Positions 1 to 10,276 are shown, counted from the first letter of the stretch. The stretch: DNA of 64,000 nucleotides from Bacilli bacterium (GCA_050953065.1 JBMNLZ010000002.1:1-64000); one strand, 5' to 3'. Numbers and translations are program-made. Notes: generated by a model not told the origin, from the letters alone.

Positions 1-26
1 TTTGACAGTTTGATGTTGTTTTTGTT

Positions 27-1547
27 TTAATAGTTGCGTTCTACGGTGTAGGTGATTTTCTTTGAGCTGTCCGCGGGGACGGTTACTTCCCATTCGGCGG
101 TAAAGGCATCTTTTTTCACGTATGGGTCAGAGGTGTTTGTGATTTTCCATTCGCCGTAGAAATGCTCCAGAACCTTCACTTTCTGGGGCTGAGATTTATG
201 GTTTTTGATTTCGGTCTCATAACTCTCTTTCCAGGCGTATTTGGTCAGTCTGTCGTAGTTGGTCCGGGTTCTTTTGCCTGTTACATCAAAAGCATTTCCG
301 ACAAAAACCTCTACCTCTTCATCTTTTGGGGTATGCTCTATCCGGTCTTCCCCGAGGAACTGAAGCTGTCCCTGAGAATCAGCTTTATAAACCCTCATAG
401 TCCCGGCAGGAAGGGGCATTCCAAGACCTCTTTCTTTTGAATTGTTCAGAGTAAGGACTGCCCGGACATCGTTGCTTTTTGTGACATCGAACACGAGTTC
501 CTTTTTTACAGGCACGGCATCGGCAGAGAGCAGAGAAAGCTGTTTTACCTGGTTGTTTTTGAGGGTGGCTGGCCTCTCAAGAGTATAGAGATGGTATTCA
601 AAAAGGGACTCCTCAACAAAACTATCCTTTGCCCCTATAGATTCTTCTGCGACTTCTACCACAGCTTCACCCTCATATAGGGGATATGTGGGCGCGACTA
701 CGCGGTGAACTTCCCCTGCAACAAGTTTCAGCCTGGCATTCTCATAGGTTGTGCCTGCAGAATTATCTATGCTGACCCAACCCTGGATGTCGGCTTTCGT
801 ATCGTCTGCATTTGTTTTTACGATATAATCAGCTTTCCAACTCATACCGCCCGTAAGATAGGAAGTAAGGACATCTCGCTTACCTGCCGCAGGCGAATAG
901 ACCTGCCAGACTAAAGTGGGTTTTGTAAGCAGGTCAGCCGAATCCGGGAATTCAACTTTCGAGACTTCGGAAATCGTTACGACTTTACCATCACTCAACC
1001 TGAGTACTACCACGCCGTCGTAACTCAATAATGTGCCTGTATATGTGTCCCCTTCTTTTTCGGTTACGGTAATTTCCCTGTCCCGGAATTTCTGCAGAAG
1101 CTTTTGCCCGCTTACAAGATCGTATTCGTAGTTCTGTTCCAGCACGGCAGTGTCCTTATTCCTCGTATCCTCAAACATTACTGATGTAGGATCAATAAGG
1201 GCAGCAACATCGGTATACTTGACCGTGTTAACCCCGGAATTGAGCTCAAACTCCCTTCTTTCCTTTACAAGAGCAAGGTTATTGTTATAAACAGTAACCT
1301 CAGTGCCTGAGTCTATTGTCGCAGCATCTGCTTTAAGAATAACCAGAGGGTTTGGATATTCGACCTCAGTAACGATGCTTGAACTGGATTTAATTCCGTT
1401 AACTGCAGTCTCAGACCTATCTGCCTGATCCCTGTCTTCCGTAAAATCAGGATGCAAGGCAAAACCGGGATACACGAAAGCTGCAGACGCGGTTAAAAAA
1501 AGGCTTAATGCCAGAATAAACCAGAGATAACTTTTTTGTCTTTTCAT
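27..1547 (-). CDS. DUF4139 domain-containing secreted protein
   Basis: Signal peptide-like N-terminus from ATG 1547 (ORF track extends to TTG 1595). Motifs VTVYNNNLALVKE, SYLTGGMSWKADY, FEYHLYTL and PLPAG are typical of DUF4140/DUF4139 proteins. Confidence 0.8.
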   Translation of the reverse strand: MKRQKSYLWFILALSLFLTASAAFVYPGFALHPDFTEDRDQADRSETAVNGIKSSSSIVTEVEYPNPLVILKADAATIDSGTEVTVYNNNLALVKERREFELNSGVNTVKYTDVAALIDPTSVMFEDTRNKDTAVLEQNYEYDLVSGQKLLQKFRDREITVTEKEGDTYTGTLLSYDGVVVLRLSDGKVVTISEVSKVEFPDSADLLTKPTLVWQVYSPAAGKRDVLTSYLTGGMSWKADYIVKTNADDTKADIQGWVSIDNSAGTTYENARLKLVAGEVHRVVAPTYPLYEGEAVVEVAEESIGAKDSFVEESLFEYHLYTLERPATLKNNQVKQLSLLSADAVPVKKELVFDVTKSNDVRAVLTLNNSKERGLGMPLPAGTMRVYKADSQGQLQFLGEDRIEHTPKDEEVEVFVGNAFDVTGKRTRTNYDRLTKYAWKESYETEIKNHKSQPQKVKVLEHFYGEWKITNTSDPYVKKDAFTAEWEVTVPADSSKKITYTVERNY

Positions 1548-1944
1548 AAGAGAAGGATATGCAACTGTTTTATTTATACTTGGCTTTGACTGCAAATATA
1601 GTTGAAGTTATCCACCAGGTTTTCTCCTCGATTTTCTATAGGGCTTCCTGTGTAGTGTCCTATCAGATTCCCTACCCTGTTCCTGTTTTTTAGAAGTACT
1701 GTGATCAGGAAATTCTATTTGGAGGTTGAAATAAAAAATAAAAAACAGTTATAATAATATACATCAACACATAATTAATAATTTTAAGCGGTTATAGAAC
1801 ATATTTGGAAGCGAGTGAAATTACAGATAACGTGCCGGAAAACAAATTAAACGGAAATAAGCCGGGAAGAAATCAATAGTAAATATGTGCTAAAAAAGAA
1901 TCAGGTACAAAAAAGACATTAAAAATAATTGTGGATTCATTTCT

Positions 1945-3297
1945 ATGAACATTACCAGGGTTTTCAAGACTAAAAGCAGGATTAAATTGCCTGGCTTTGT
2001 ATCAGGTTTCGCTTTGATTTTTCTGCTTGTCTGGGCGGTTCTCCCCACCTCAGCCGCAGAGATAGAAGCAAGCAGGGAAATCTCTGCCGAAACAGTTTAC
2101 CCAGGCGAGAGTTTTGCGGTAACTGTACATATAAAGGCAGACCACGAGCTTGGAGCCCTGGTACTTGATGAGGATCTCCCTGGCGGGTGGCATGTAAACT
2201 ATTCAGAGAATAATGGGACTATATTTCCGGAAATCAACTTTTTTAAAGCAACCACTCTGGAATGGATATGGATTGAGAACCTCTCAGCCGGAGAAGAAAA
2301 GACAGTTATGTATAATGTGACTGTGCCTTTAAATTCCCAGCCTGGTAACTTTTCAATTACGGGCAGAGTCTCCGCTTACTCCGTTCCAGATGTCCCTGTA
2401 GAAGGGTTTTCAGAAGTAACAATTACTTATCCTCCTTCTGAGGTTGATATCTCTGCAAGTAACGGAGGCGAAGGAAGTGAAGGAGAAAGTAGCGGAAGCA
2501 GAGGAAGTGAAGGAGAAAATAGCGGAAGCGGAGGAAGTGAAGGAGAAAATAGCGGAAGCGGAGGAAGTAGAGGAGGAAGTGGAGGAGGAGGAGGTGCAGG
2601 CTCTCCGGAATCAACCAAGAATATTGAACTAAAGGAAGTTTCGAGTGAACAGGTTTTCAAAGGTACTCACACATGCTTTACTTTTAAAGGCGAGATAAAT
2701 GATATAGCTACTGTAGAATTCGACCCAAAAAAGAACTTCGGAAAAACAACTGCCATTGTAGAGATACTGAAAAACACATCTTCAATCGTTAAGGAACCTG
2801 CACCGGGAGCAGTTTACAGAAACATAAACATCTGGATCGGAAATAGCGGCTTCTCAAGTCCTGAGAATTTTGAAAATGCTAGAATAAATTTCAGAGTGAG
2901 TAAAGCCTGGATTGCCGATCACCGGGTTAGAGAAAATACTGTGAATCTTTACCGGTACGATAAGGGCTTATGGAATCCGCTGTCCACATCCCTCAATGGG
3001 GAAGATGAAAATTACTTCTATTTTACCGCAGAAACTCCAGGCTTTTCTCCTTTTGCAATCTCAGGGATTGAAGAGAAGATCCAATCGGTTGAAATTTCAA
3101 CAGCCAGAACAGGAGAAAACCGGACTCTGAGCAAAGAAGACATTTCTGACGATAAGACAAACTTTGACAAAGAAAAACAGGGAGTCACTGCTTCAGATAT
3201 AGAAAAAAAAGAAAAGAAAAGCTCTCCCGAGCCTGGAGCAACCTTTGCGGTGGCTGAATTACTGATTTTGTATGGTATATTGAAGAAAAAAATGTAA
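1945..3297 (+). CDS. PGF-pre-PGF domain cell-surface protein
   Basis: Signal peptide, Gly/Ser linker, GGGGAGSPES...VEILK...YRNINIWIG...FTAETPGFSPFAI, and a C-terminal PGF-CTERM-like hydrophobic/basic tail. Characteristic of Methanosarcina surface proteins. Confidence 0.85.
   Translation: MNITRVFKTKSRIKLPGFVSGFALIFLLVWAVLPTSAAEIEASREISAETVYPGESFAVTVHIKADHELGALVLDEDLPGGWHVNYSENNGTIFPEINFFKATTLEWIWIENLSAGEEKTVMYNVTVPLNSQPGNFSITGRVSAYSVPDVPVEGFSEVTITYPPSEVDISASNGGEGSEGESSGSRGSEGENSGSGGSEGENSGSGGSRGGSGGGGGAGSPESTKNIELKEVSSEQVFKGTHTCFTFKGEINDIATVEFDPKKNFGKTTAIVEILKNTSSIVKEPAPGAVYRNINIWIGNSGFSSPENFENARINFRVSKAWIADHRVRENTVNLYRYDKGLWNPLSTSLNGEDENYFYFTAETPGFSPFAISGIEEKIQSVEISTARTGENRTLSKEDISDDKTNFDKEKQGVTASDIEKKEKKSSPEPGATFAVAELLILYGILKKKM
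2473..2568 (+). repeat. 30-bp tandem repeat (3 copies plus partial) encoding a GSEGE(S/N)SGS(R/G) linker
   Basis: GGAAGTGAAGGAGAAA(G/A)TAGCGGAAGC(A/G)GA at 2473, 2503 and 2533. Confidence 0.85.
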
Positions 3298-3450
3298 TCC
3301 GAGAAAGGAAAGACAAACAGGGCAAAAACTAAGTTATCAAAGGTCTCTTTTGGGAAGACACTTTTTTGGATTCCATTTGTCTTCTGGCTCGTTCTCTTAC
3401 CCGGAATACACGAGATAAAGTTCAAATCCCTCTAATTGACGTTTTACTCT

Positions 3451-4392
3451 TCAAAGATATCCGCACTTCTCAAGCCAGGTGAGAGATCTTATCCATTCCC
3501 CTTTTGGCTCCCTGGAGGTGCCCACAACAAGCCGCTTGATGTCTCCTACTTCTTCGACAATGCCGCAGGCTTCTATAAGCTCTCCGGGAAGAGCCTGACC
3601 TGCATAGGTATGGGTATATGAGAGCACATGGTCGATCACATCGTGTTCGACTTTGTAGTAAGCAGGGCTGTCAAAAGCGAAATCGGCATTCTTGACCCTG
3701 GCTTCAATTTTCATATTTACGGTATCCTCTCCGCGCAGGAGAGGCTCTTTTATCTGGTCCCATTCCCTCACAAAGAGAAGGTCAAAATAAGTGCCCTCAA
3801 CCATTCCCCGGTTGCCTTTTCTGGACTCATGCAGCATGAACTCATCAAATGAGATGTCTGGGATTCTCTTCCTGTAGATTCTCTGCCACATCTCATCATC
3901 GATTTCTTCAATGGGTCCTTCCTGTCGTTTTGCAGCAGTTATTGCATCTCTTGCCCTGAACCACATGGGGCCGTATACAACAAAGTCAATGTCCGAGTTT
4001 TCATTCTGGAGACCTGCAAGCATTGAGCCCGTAACTCCCATGCTTGTCCTGGGAATGCCTGCCAGATCGAGTGCCTTTACAATTGCCCTTACGCGGTGGT
4101 CAGAGTTAACAAGTTTGGGAATCACGTCGGAAGGACGAAGCACCTGTTTTACCTCGGATTCAGGAACTACATGGACATCCTGCACCCACTCAGGCCTGTG
4201 CTCCCTCATGAATTCGAAAGCCGGGCCAAAGTCATATTTTTTGTATCGTAATCCGTTTAACTCCCTCTCCCCATTTTTATCGGGCACGTAACGGAGTGTA
4301 GCCCGGATTCCATCGGTGCGGAAATAGTCTGAAACTGCAAAAAGCCAGTTATCTTTCGTGACAAGGAAATCCCTCAGGCGTGTTTTGAGCAT
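3451..4392 (-). CDS. Archaeal nucleotidyltransferase (Pol beta-like) domain protein
   Basis: GVTGS...SDIDFVVYG nucleotidyltransferase motif, N-terminal RLRDF, and C-terminal TYAGQA and LVVGTSRE motifs of the conserved methanogen family. Confidence 0.8.
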   Translation of the reverse strand: MLKTRLRDFLVTKDNWLFAVSDYFRTDGIRATLRYVPDKNGERELNGLRYKKYDFGPAFEFMREHRPEWVQDVHVVPESEVKQVLRPSDVIPKLVNSDHRVRAIVKALDLAGIPRTSMGVTGSMLAGLQNENSDIDFVVYGPMWFRARDAITAAKRQEGPIEEIDDEMWQRIYRKRIPDISFDEFMLHESRKGNRGMVEGTYFDLLFVREWDQIKEPLLRGEDTVNMKIEARVKNADFAFDSPAYYKVEHDVIDHVLSYTHTYAGQALPGELIEACGIVEEVGDIKRLVVGTSREPKGEWIRSLTWLEKCGYL

Positions 4393-4767
4393 TTTATATC
4401 ATCCCTGTAGCTTACAAGAGAACCAAAAAGTACCCGGATTTTAAGGAATTTCAACAGCCGGGCTTTATAAGAATTTATAATAAACACAAGGAAATGTATT
4501 GTACAATTCATGTATATAACTATCAGGTTTTTAACAAAAACCTTTTAAAAAAGGCTTTAGCGAAAAGTACGGGATCAAATAGTGTGATAAAGCCAGGTAA
4601 ATAATAAGTCGGAGTAATATACCTGAACTTACAAATATTTAAGGAGAATATACTCAGGAATAAAATAAAACACAAATAAAGTATATTAAAATAGTGCATT
4701 GCAAATTAAAAGATTATTAAGATTACAAACAGTGAGTATTACGGACAGTAAATGTAACCAGAAATAA

Positions 4768-6072
4768 ATGTTACAGACCAGAAACGGAATAGACTGCAGG
4801 TGCAGAACATCCGAGGTAATGCTTTTGAGAGAGAACCCCAGTGCAGAAGAACTTGAAGCCTGGATTATACAGCTCAGGCGCGAATTTCACAGATACCCCG
4901 AACTCAGTTTTGAAGAATACGAAACCCAGAAGCGAATCCTGAAAATACTCGAGGAACTGGGAATAGAAGCCAGAAAAATTGCAGACACAGGCGTACTTGC
5001 AAGCATCAGAGGAACTTTACCCGGTCCCTGTATTGCACTTCGATCCGATATAGATGGGCTGCAGGTGCAGGAAGAATTAACTGAAAAGAATAGCGAATAC
5101 ATATCCAGAAATAAGGGAGTAATGCACGCCTGCGGGCATGACGGGCACATGGCAATGCTTTTCGGAGCTGCGAAGCTATTTCAGGAAAAACGGGATTTTC
5201 CAGGCGAAGTCCGCCTTATCTTCCAGCCTGCTGAAGAGATCCCTCCTGGAGGTGCTGAAAGGGTAATTGCAGAAGGAGGGCTTGAGGGCGTGGATGCGAT
5301 TATGGGGATGCACATCTTCACCAATCACGAATCAGGAAGCGTGGGCTCTCCGTCCAGGACCTTTCATGGCAAGCACCAATCGATTTGAGAGTGACCCTTA
5401 GAGGAAAAGGGGGCCACATCTCACTACCTCAAAAATGCATCGACCCGGTCCGAATGTCAGCGGATTTCATAAACAGCCTTTATCCTGCTCTGGAAAAGCA
5501 GCTTGAACCGGACAGGTATATCATTGGAGTGGGAAGAATTCAGAGGGGGAGCCCAGTTCAATCGAATTCCCGATGCTGTAGAGATCCTTGGAAGTTATCG
5601 GACCTTTGACCGGGAGACTACAGATATCATCGACAGGACAATAGAGGAATGCCTGGAAAAAGTGGTAAAAAGGTATGTAAAGCCTGGAGAAGAATTTTCA
5701 GGCCTCCCTGACTACAAGCTTGATATACTGCACGGTTATCCTGTCCTTGTCAATGACCCGGTGTTTGCAGACGCGGTAAACTCAAAGCTTCAGGAGAATT
5801 TCCCGGAGCTCACAATCTATCCTGAGATCGAAAAAACCTTTGCTGCCGAAGATTTTGCAAGTTACCTGCAGAAAGTTCCAGGAATTTTCCTTTCCCTGGG
5901 TACCCGCAATCCGGAAAAAAATATTGTGGAAATCAACCACTCATGCACATTCGATATTGATGAGACGATACTTATTACGGGCACGGAGATATTTTATACT
6001 ATTTCGCTGGATTTCCTCAATAACCCGGGAAAATATCTCAATCCCGTAACTACTTCAACCCCGAGCCGTTAA
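4768..6072 (+). pseudogene. M20D amidohydrolase broken by three +1 frameshifts (pseudogene or consensus error)
   Basis: Motifs RREFHRYPELS, ALRSDIDGL, MHACGHDGH, FQPAEE, GKGGH, AEDFA and HS..FDIDE are spread over frames 1, 2, 3 and 1, with shifts near 5348, 5390 and 5544. Confidence 0.85.
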
Positions 6073-6134
6073 GAAAAAGCCTGAAAACCGATAAGTGAGA
6101 AATAACGGGACTGCCCTGTTTGCGGAGGAAATAA

Positions 6135-6593
6135 ATGATAATCCAGAGATATGAAGACTCCAGAAAGGAAGAAGTCCGTGAGGTTGTTCTTGAAGTTTTG
6201 CAGGAGCATGGTTTTGAACCCGACAGGCTAAAAGATGCTGACCTTAACGACATAAACGGCTATTACTTCGGAAGCGGTGGCATGTTTTTCGTAGGAATCG
6301 TCGATGACAAAGTTATAGGTACGGCAGGCGTCCGAAAACTCGATGAAAATTGGTGCGAAATCCGCCGTATCTACCTTAAAAAAGCCTTCCGGAGCAAAGG
6401 CAATGGAAAAAAACTCTTCAGGGCTGCTCTCGATTTTGCTGAAAAAAACTGCTCGGCTGTAGTCCTTAAAACCGACTCAACCCTCACGAAAGCAATTGAT
6501 ATGTATCTCAAACACGGCTTCACTTTCCAGAAAGAAGAAACAGGATACCTGTATTTCGAAAAAAAGTTTGATCAAAAACCAAAAATCGTGTGA
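6135..6593 (+). CDS. GNAT family N-acetyltransferase
   Basis: EIRRIYL..FRSKGNGKKL acetyl-CoA motif and AIDMYLKHGF. RBS GGAGG upstream. Confidence 0.85.
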   Translation: MIIQRYEDSRKEEVREVVLEVLQEHGFEPDRLKDADLNDINGYYFGSGGMFFVGIVDDKVIGTAGVRKLDENWCEIRRIYLKKAFRSKGNGKKLFRAALDFAEKNCSAVVLKTDSTLTKAIDMYLKHGFTFQKEETGYLYFEKKFDQKPKIV

Positions 6594-6679
6594 TCAAATT
6601 TTTTATGGATTTTATTTGTGAATATTCAGGACGAGTAATTTTTTCACTGAGCGTTAATGCCCCTCCTGATGCATGTCAA

Positions 6680-7000
6680 TCACCACGGATATCTAGCCAT
6701 TTTTGCTTTTGCCTTTCTCACAGCTTCTGCCAGCCTTTCCATGCTCAGAAAACCATGCTGGCTGAGAACTGCACCGAGATATTCATCATTTTCATTGAAC
6801 ACAGGGTAATGCAATGGATCCATTGTATACCAGCTGACGTTTACTTTTTTCGGATAGCCGGTTCTGTTTATGTTCATTGTTATTGTACCATCAGCAGCGT
6901 TGAAGTAATATTCACGTTCAGGCTCACTGGATAGTATTTCTCCGAGTATTTCTTTTACAGCCTGGTTCCTTCTGCCATTCAATCCGGTTTCATAAATCAT
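6680..7000 (-). CDS. Hypothetical protein
   Basis: 106-aa ORF with plausible composition and no recognised motif. Confidence 0.45.
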   Translation of the reverse strand: MIYETGLNGRRNQAVKEILGEILSSEPEREYYFNAADGTITMNINRTGYPKKVNVSWYTMDPLHYPVFNENDEYLGAVLSQHGFLSMERLAEAVRKAKAKMARYPW

Positions 7001-7125
7001 CCGGTACCAACTCCTGTAGTTTTACGGGCTCAAACAATATCAGCATACTCGAGAGACATGGCAGTTCAATTTCTATTATGTGCATCCTGAGAATGCTTCA
7101 TTGGTTTTTAGTAATCTGAGGGTAA

Positions 7126-7392
7126 TTAACATACCCTTAAGGAACGTAGTATCCGTTCTTTAGACGAGAGGGTTTCATCTTTCAAAATTTCAAGTTTTTT
7201 ATATAATTCTCCCAAATGGATTTTTTTCTCTCTTATGATTTCCATTGTTTCGTCATAATGAGGTCCTTCTGTTATATTTTGGGTAGCTAGATCCTCTGTA
7301 TAGCCTTTAATGTCTTCTTCATCAAGCTCGATCAACGTTTGAATGTTTTTTATCTGACCTTCCAATGCTATTCTATCCATGTCTTCAGTCAT
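7126..7392 (-). CDS. Hypothetical coiled-coil protein
   Basis: 88-aa ORF with a GAGG RBS. The start lies 26 nt downstream of a CRISPR repeat. Confidence 0.6.
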   Translation of the reverse strand: MTEDMDRIALEGQIKNIQTLIELDEEDIKGYTEDLATQNITEGPHYDETMEIIREKKIHLGELYKKLEILKDETLSSKERILRSLRVC

Positions 7393-7418
7393 GTTTTTAT
7401 TCCTCTTCTACAGTCCAG

Positions 7419-7513
7419 GTTTCAATCCCTCTAAGGCCTGATTTTAACTGTTTTATTTTACATTCTTCCAAATCTGAGCAAGTGTTTCACTCCCTCTAAG
7501 GCTTGATTTTAAC
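7419..7513 (-). CRISPR. CRISPR mini-array: two degenerate 30-bp repeats and one 35-bp spacer
   Basis: GTTTCAATCCCTCTAAGGCCTGATTTTAAC (7419-7448) and GTTTCACTCCCTCTAAGGCTTGATTTTAAC (7484-7513). Same family as the copy at 11453. Orientation inferred from the minus-strand ATTGAAAC end. Confidence 0.8.
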
Positions 7514-7618
7514 CCGTCTCTTGCTTTTGTTTTTTCACTTTATCCGACTTTGCATTGTTAGCAATTCGAAATATTTCATTTAGTAATTCATCACTCATGC
7601 TGCCATCTTCTCTAAGAC

Positions 7619-8071
7619 TCATTTAATTTCACTCACTTCTATAACATATCTGTTACTCTTTTCTTCTTTTCTCACATATCCAATTACTGTTACAGCTTTA
7701 CCACTTGAAAAATCAATATCGTTATTCAAGGCTAGATAAACACCTTCTTTTGCGGAATATACTTTATAATTTTCAAAAATCGGAACATAAGTAACATTCG
7801 TGTATGTTGTAGTTGTTGTTCCTGAAGATGTTGTATATGGAATGAATATAGGCATCATAAAACTAAGCTTAGTACCTTCATCTATATGTTCTTGAATTAT
7901 GAGAGTTACACTTACTTTTTGGTTTATGTGATTTCCGACATCGTTAGCGTCTATATTGATTGGAGGTTTCGCATCGGCTATTAGTGCCGAAACTGCCATT
8001 AGTGCCAAAACTATTATACCAACAACTGCCAAGACTACCATTAATCCCATTATTAGCTCATATGAATCCAT
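7619..8071 (-). CDS. Membrane-anchored hypothetical protein, possibly OB-fold-like
   Basis: ATG 8071 with a GAGG RBS (ORF track extends to 8161). N-terminal TM helix, then a beta-rich domain (GKAVTVIGYV). Confidence 0.6.
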   Translation of the reverse strand: MDSYELIMGLMVVLAVVGIIVLALMAVSALIADAKPPINIDANDVGNHINQKVSVTLIIQEHIDEGTKLSFMMPIFIPYTTSSGTTTTTYTNVTYVPIFENYKVYSAKEGVYLALNNDIDFSSGKAVTVIGYVRKEEKSNRYVIEVSEIK

Positions 8072-8459
8072 TTTTACCTCATTTTTAGTGAAAAACGCTT
8101 TCCAACAGAAGTGTTGGAGGCGGTTAGATTTTCTTTTGATTGGTCTTTTCTTGTTGGTCATATTATCACTTCAAAAAAAAGATATGGGGTTAAACCTCAC
8201 GCACACTGACCTTATACCTCCCATTGGGATAATCCACAGTTTTATAGTAATAATCCTCGCCAATATTAATATTCTATACTGGCTATCCGTGACGAGTAGC
8301 CATCCGTATAAATCCGTCACCACAATACAGCGTTATTGCGATATCATCTGTCCTTACTGCAATGAGAAGTCTGGTAGATGGTTAAAGCTGAAAAAATATA
8401 TAGAAAACAATTCATAGGGGCTTAGAGTTGCCTGTGTGGATACCCAACGAGGTTAACAA

Positions 8460-8684
8460 ATGCCAGAAAGAAAAGCTTTAGGGCAAAACGAAGGAGAAAG
8501 AAACTTCTACACCGGGGGATTTGTCAGAACCGGATATAAATTCCGGGGAAAGGTAGAGAAATACATCAAAGGCTACCAGGGCAGGCGTGAAGATGCGTAT
8601 AAGCCTCTTGTAACTGATTATAAGCTTTCAAAACCCACAAAAGTAAGAAATTTATGGAAGAAGGAGGAAGTTAAGGATGTTTGA
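8460..8684 (+). CDS. Small basic hypothetical protein
   Basis: GAGG RBS. Overlaps the next small ORF. Confidence 0.5.
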   Translation: MPERKALGQNEGERNFYTGGFVRTGYKFRGKVEKYIKGYQGRREDAYKPLVTDYKLSKPTKVRNLWKKEEVKDV

Positions 8685-8793
8685 AGAACCTGTTATGGAT
8701 ATTTCAAAAATCGACGAAGAAAAGGCAAAAAAGCAAATGAATAAGGAAATAGCTGATTCAATTAAGTGCAGGTTTCGTGGGGCTCATAGATGA
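8677..8793 (+). CDS. 38-aa hypothetical protein (MFEEPVMDISK...)
   Basis: Read manually. GGAGG RBS at 8663-8667 and ATGA overlap with the next ORF. Confidence 0.4.
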   Translation: MFEEPVMDISKIDEEKAKKQMNKEIADSIKCRFRGAHR

Positions 8794-8927
8794 CGAAGAG
8801 TAAAATTAACTTGCTTAAAACCCCTATAAAGCCATTCTCTGCTATATTTTGGGCTGCTGTTATTGTGGTTATGGCTGTTTTCGGGCTGTTATTGAGAAGG
8901 AAGAAAGCAGACCTGAGAAAAAAGTAA
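8790..8927 (+). CDS. 45-aa single-TM peptide
   Basis: Read manually: MTKSKINLLKTPIKPFSAIFWAAVIVVMAVFGLLLRRKKADLRKK. Translationally coupled through ATGA. Confidence 0.45.
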   Translation: MTKSKINLLKTPIKPFSAIFWAAVIVVMAVFGLLLRRKKADLRKK

Positions 8928-9411
8928 TTTTTGCCTTTCCTTTTTATACAGGATTTTCCTTATTTTTATAAATCGCTTGCTTGCAACTTTGGCGCAAGTT
9001 TCTTTCTTAACTACTCCTCTGCTAATAGCTGTTTTTCCATAGCATATTGTTTTTGCAGGTTCTCGATATCTCTATATACTAATTCTAATAGTCTCGGATC
9101 TTTTTTCCCTGTATGCGCTTTTTCTGGCTCCCGAGCTGGCCTATCTTCTTTTGCCTGGACTTCTGGCTTGACCTCTTCTGTGTTGGCCTCTGATCTTTTG
9201 TAATCCTGGCTTTTGAAATATTATAAAAAATTTAAGTTAACTTTGATCGTCTGAGGGTCTTCCCCTGACGGTTACAAAAAACAAAAAAATAAAAGGGAGA
9301 GTTTTTCGTTTTTAAAAAAGCCTGTCGGAAGCTCCTTTCCAATGGGTAAGGTGAAAGTACCTTTCCTTTCTGATCCCATTATAATGAGCTTGTCTGTAGG
9401 CCTTAGAGATA

Positions 9412-9954
9412 TTAAGCCATTTCAGGATGCTTTTTCTTAAAGTCTTCTATCATTGTTTTATACTCTGCATAGTATTCGTTTCCTCTTATCAGAGATTCTG
9501 CCGCGTCTTCTATTGTGACTTCTGCTAATGCTGTGTTTCCTGCGTTAATATGTTCGAGAGATATGTCTATACGCTTTGCAAAAGCTCCATAAGAGCCCAT
9601 CATATCAGCATATTTCTGTACTGCTGGTTCCAGGTCATCATCATAATAATAAAATGCGCTCTCATAGCTTGATTTGTTTGATTCCGTGATAATGTATGCT
9701 GTAAGAGCTGTTATTTGCGATAGATCTTCTGGATTACTTAGAACAGTTGCAAGTTCGTTTGCAGCACTGGATACATTCTCTGCATCCGAGCTTGTTTTCT
9801 GCATCCATTCCTTGCTCTGGTCTGTGTGCTCCTCTGCAGGGCTGCCTGTGTTGTCCGTTGTCTTTTGGGTTGATGATTGACTAGAACATCCAGCAACAAA
9901 GATCACAGCAGCAATAAGAAGAAGAATTGCTAAAGTTTTCTGAGTTTTATTCAT
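9412..9954 (-). CDS. Putative lipoprotein
   Basis: MNKTQKTLAILLLIAAVIFVAGC lipobox, Ser/Thr linker and helical domain. Purine-rich RBS. Confidence 0.7.
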   Translation of the reverse strand: MNKTQKTLAILLLIAAVIFVAGCSSQSSTQKTTDNTGSPAEEHTDQSKEWMQKTSSDAENVSSAANELATVLSNPEDLSQITALTAYIITESNKSSYESAFYYYDDDLEPAVQKYADMMGSYGAFAKRIDISLEHINAGNTALAEVTIEDAAESLIRGNEYYAEYKTMIEDFKKKHPEMA

Positions 9955-10276
9955 TGTTCTTCCTTCCTTTAGCAAAAAGAAAGAAGATAAGTAATTAAAA
10001 ACCTTTTTATTTTTTTAGTAATGCACTTCCTCAAAGAATCCATCAAAGATCTGGCCTGAACTCTAGAGCCTGAAAATAAAGCTGTTTTTTAAAAAGAATG
10101 AAAACTATTACTGATAATGTTTTTATCAGTCCTTGATGGACTCAAGCAGAGAGCTCTGCTCAGGAATAGGGCATTAAAATGATATTCCAGACTTGCAGGT
10201 CAACCAGGAACCGCACTTCCTCAAGGAGTCCATCAAGGAACACAGAATATGGAGCTCGGCTTCGTGTGTGCAACTC

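Noticed and set aside
2423-2660. Alternative-frame ORFs rich in Pro/Leu or Glu
   Set aside because: They are shadows of the 30-bp linker repeat inside the PGF-pre-PGF gene.
7449-7483. Partial match of the mini-array spacer (AATCTGAGC) to about 10728-10736
   Set aside because: Only about 9 contiguous nt, which is expected by chance.
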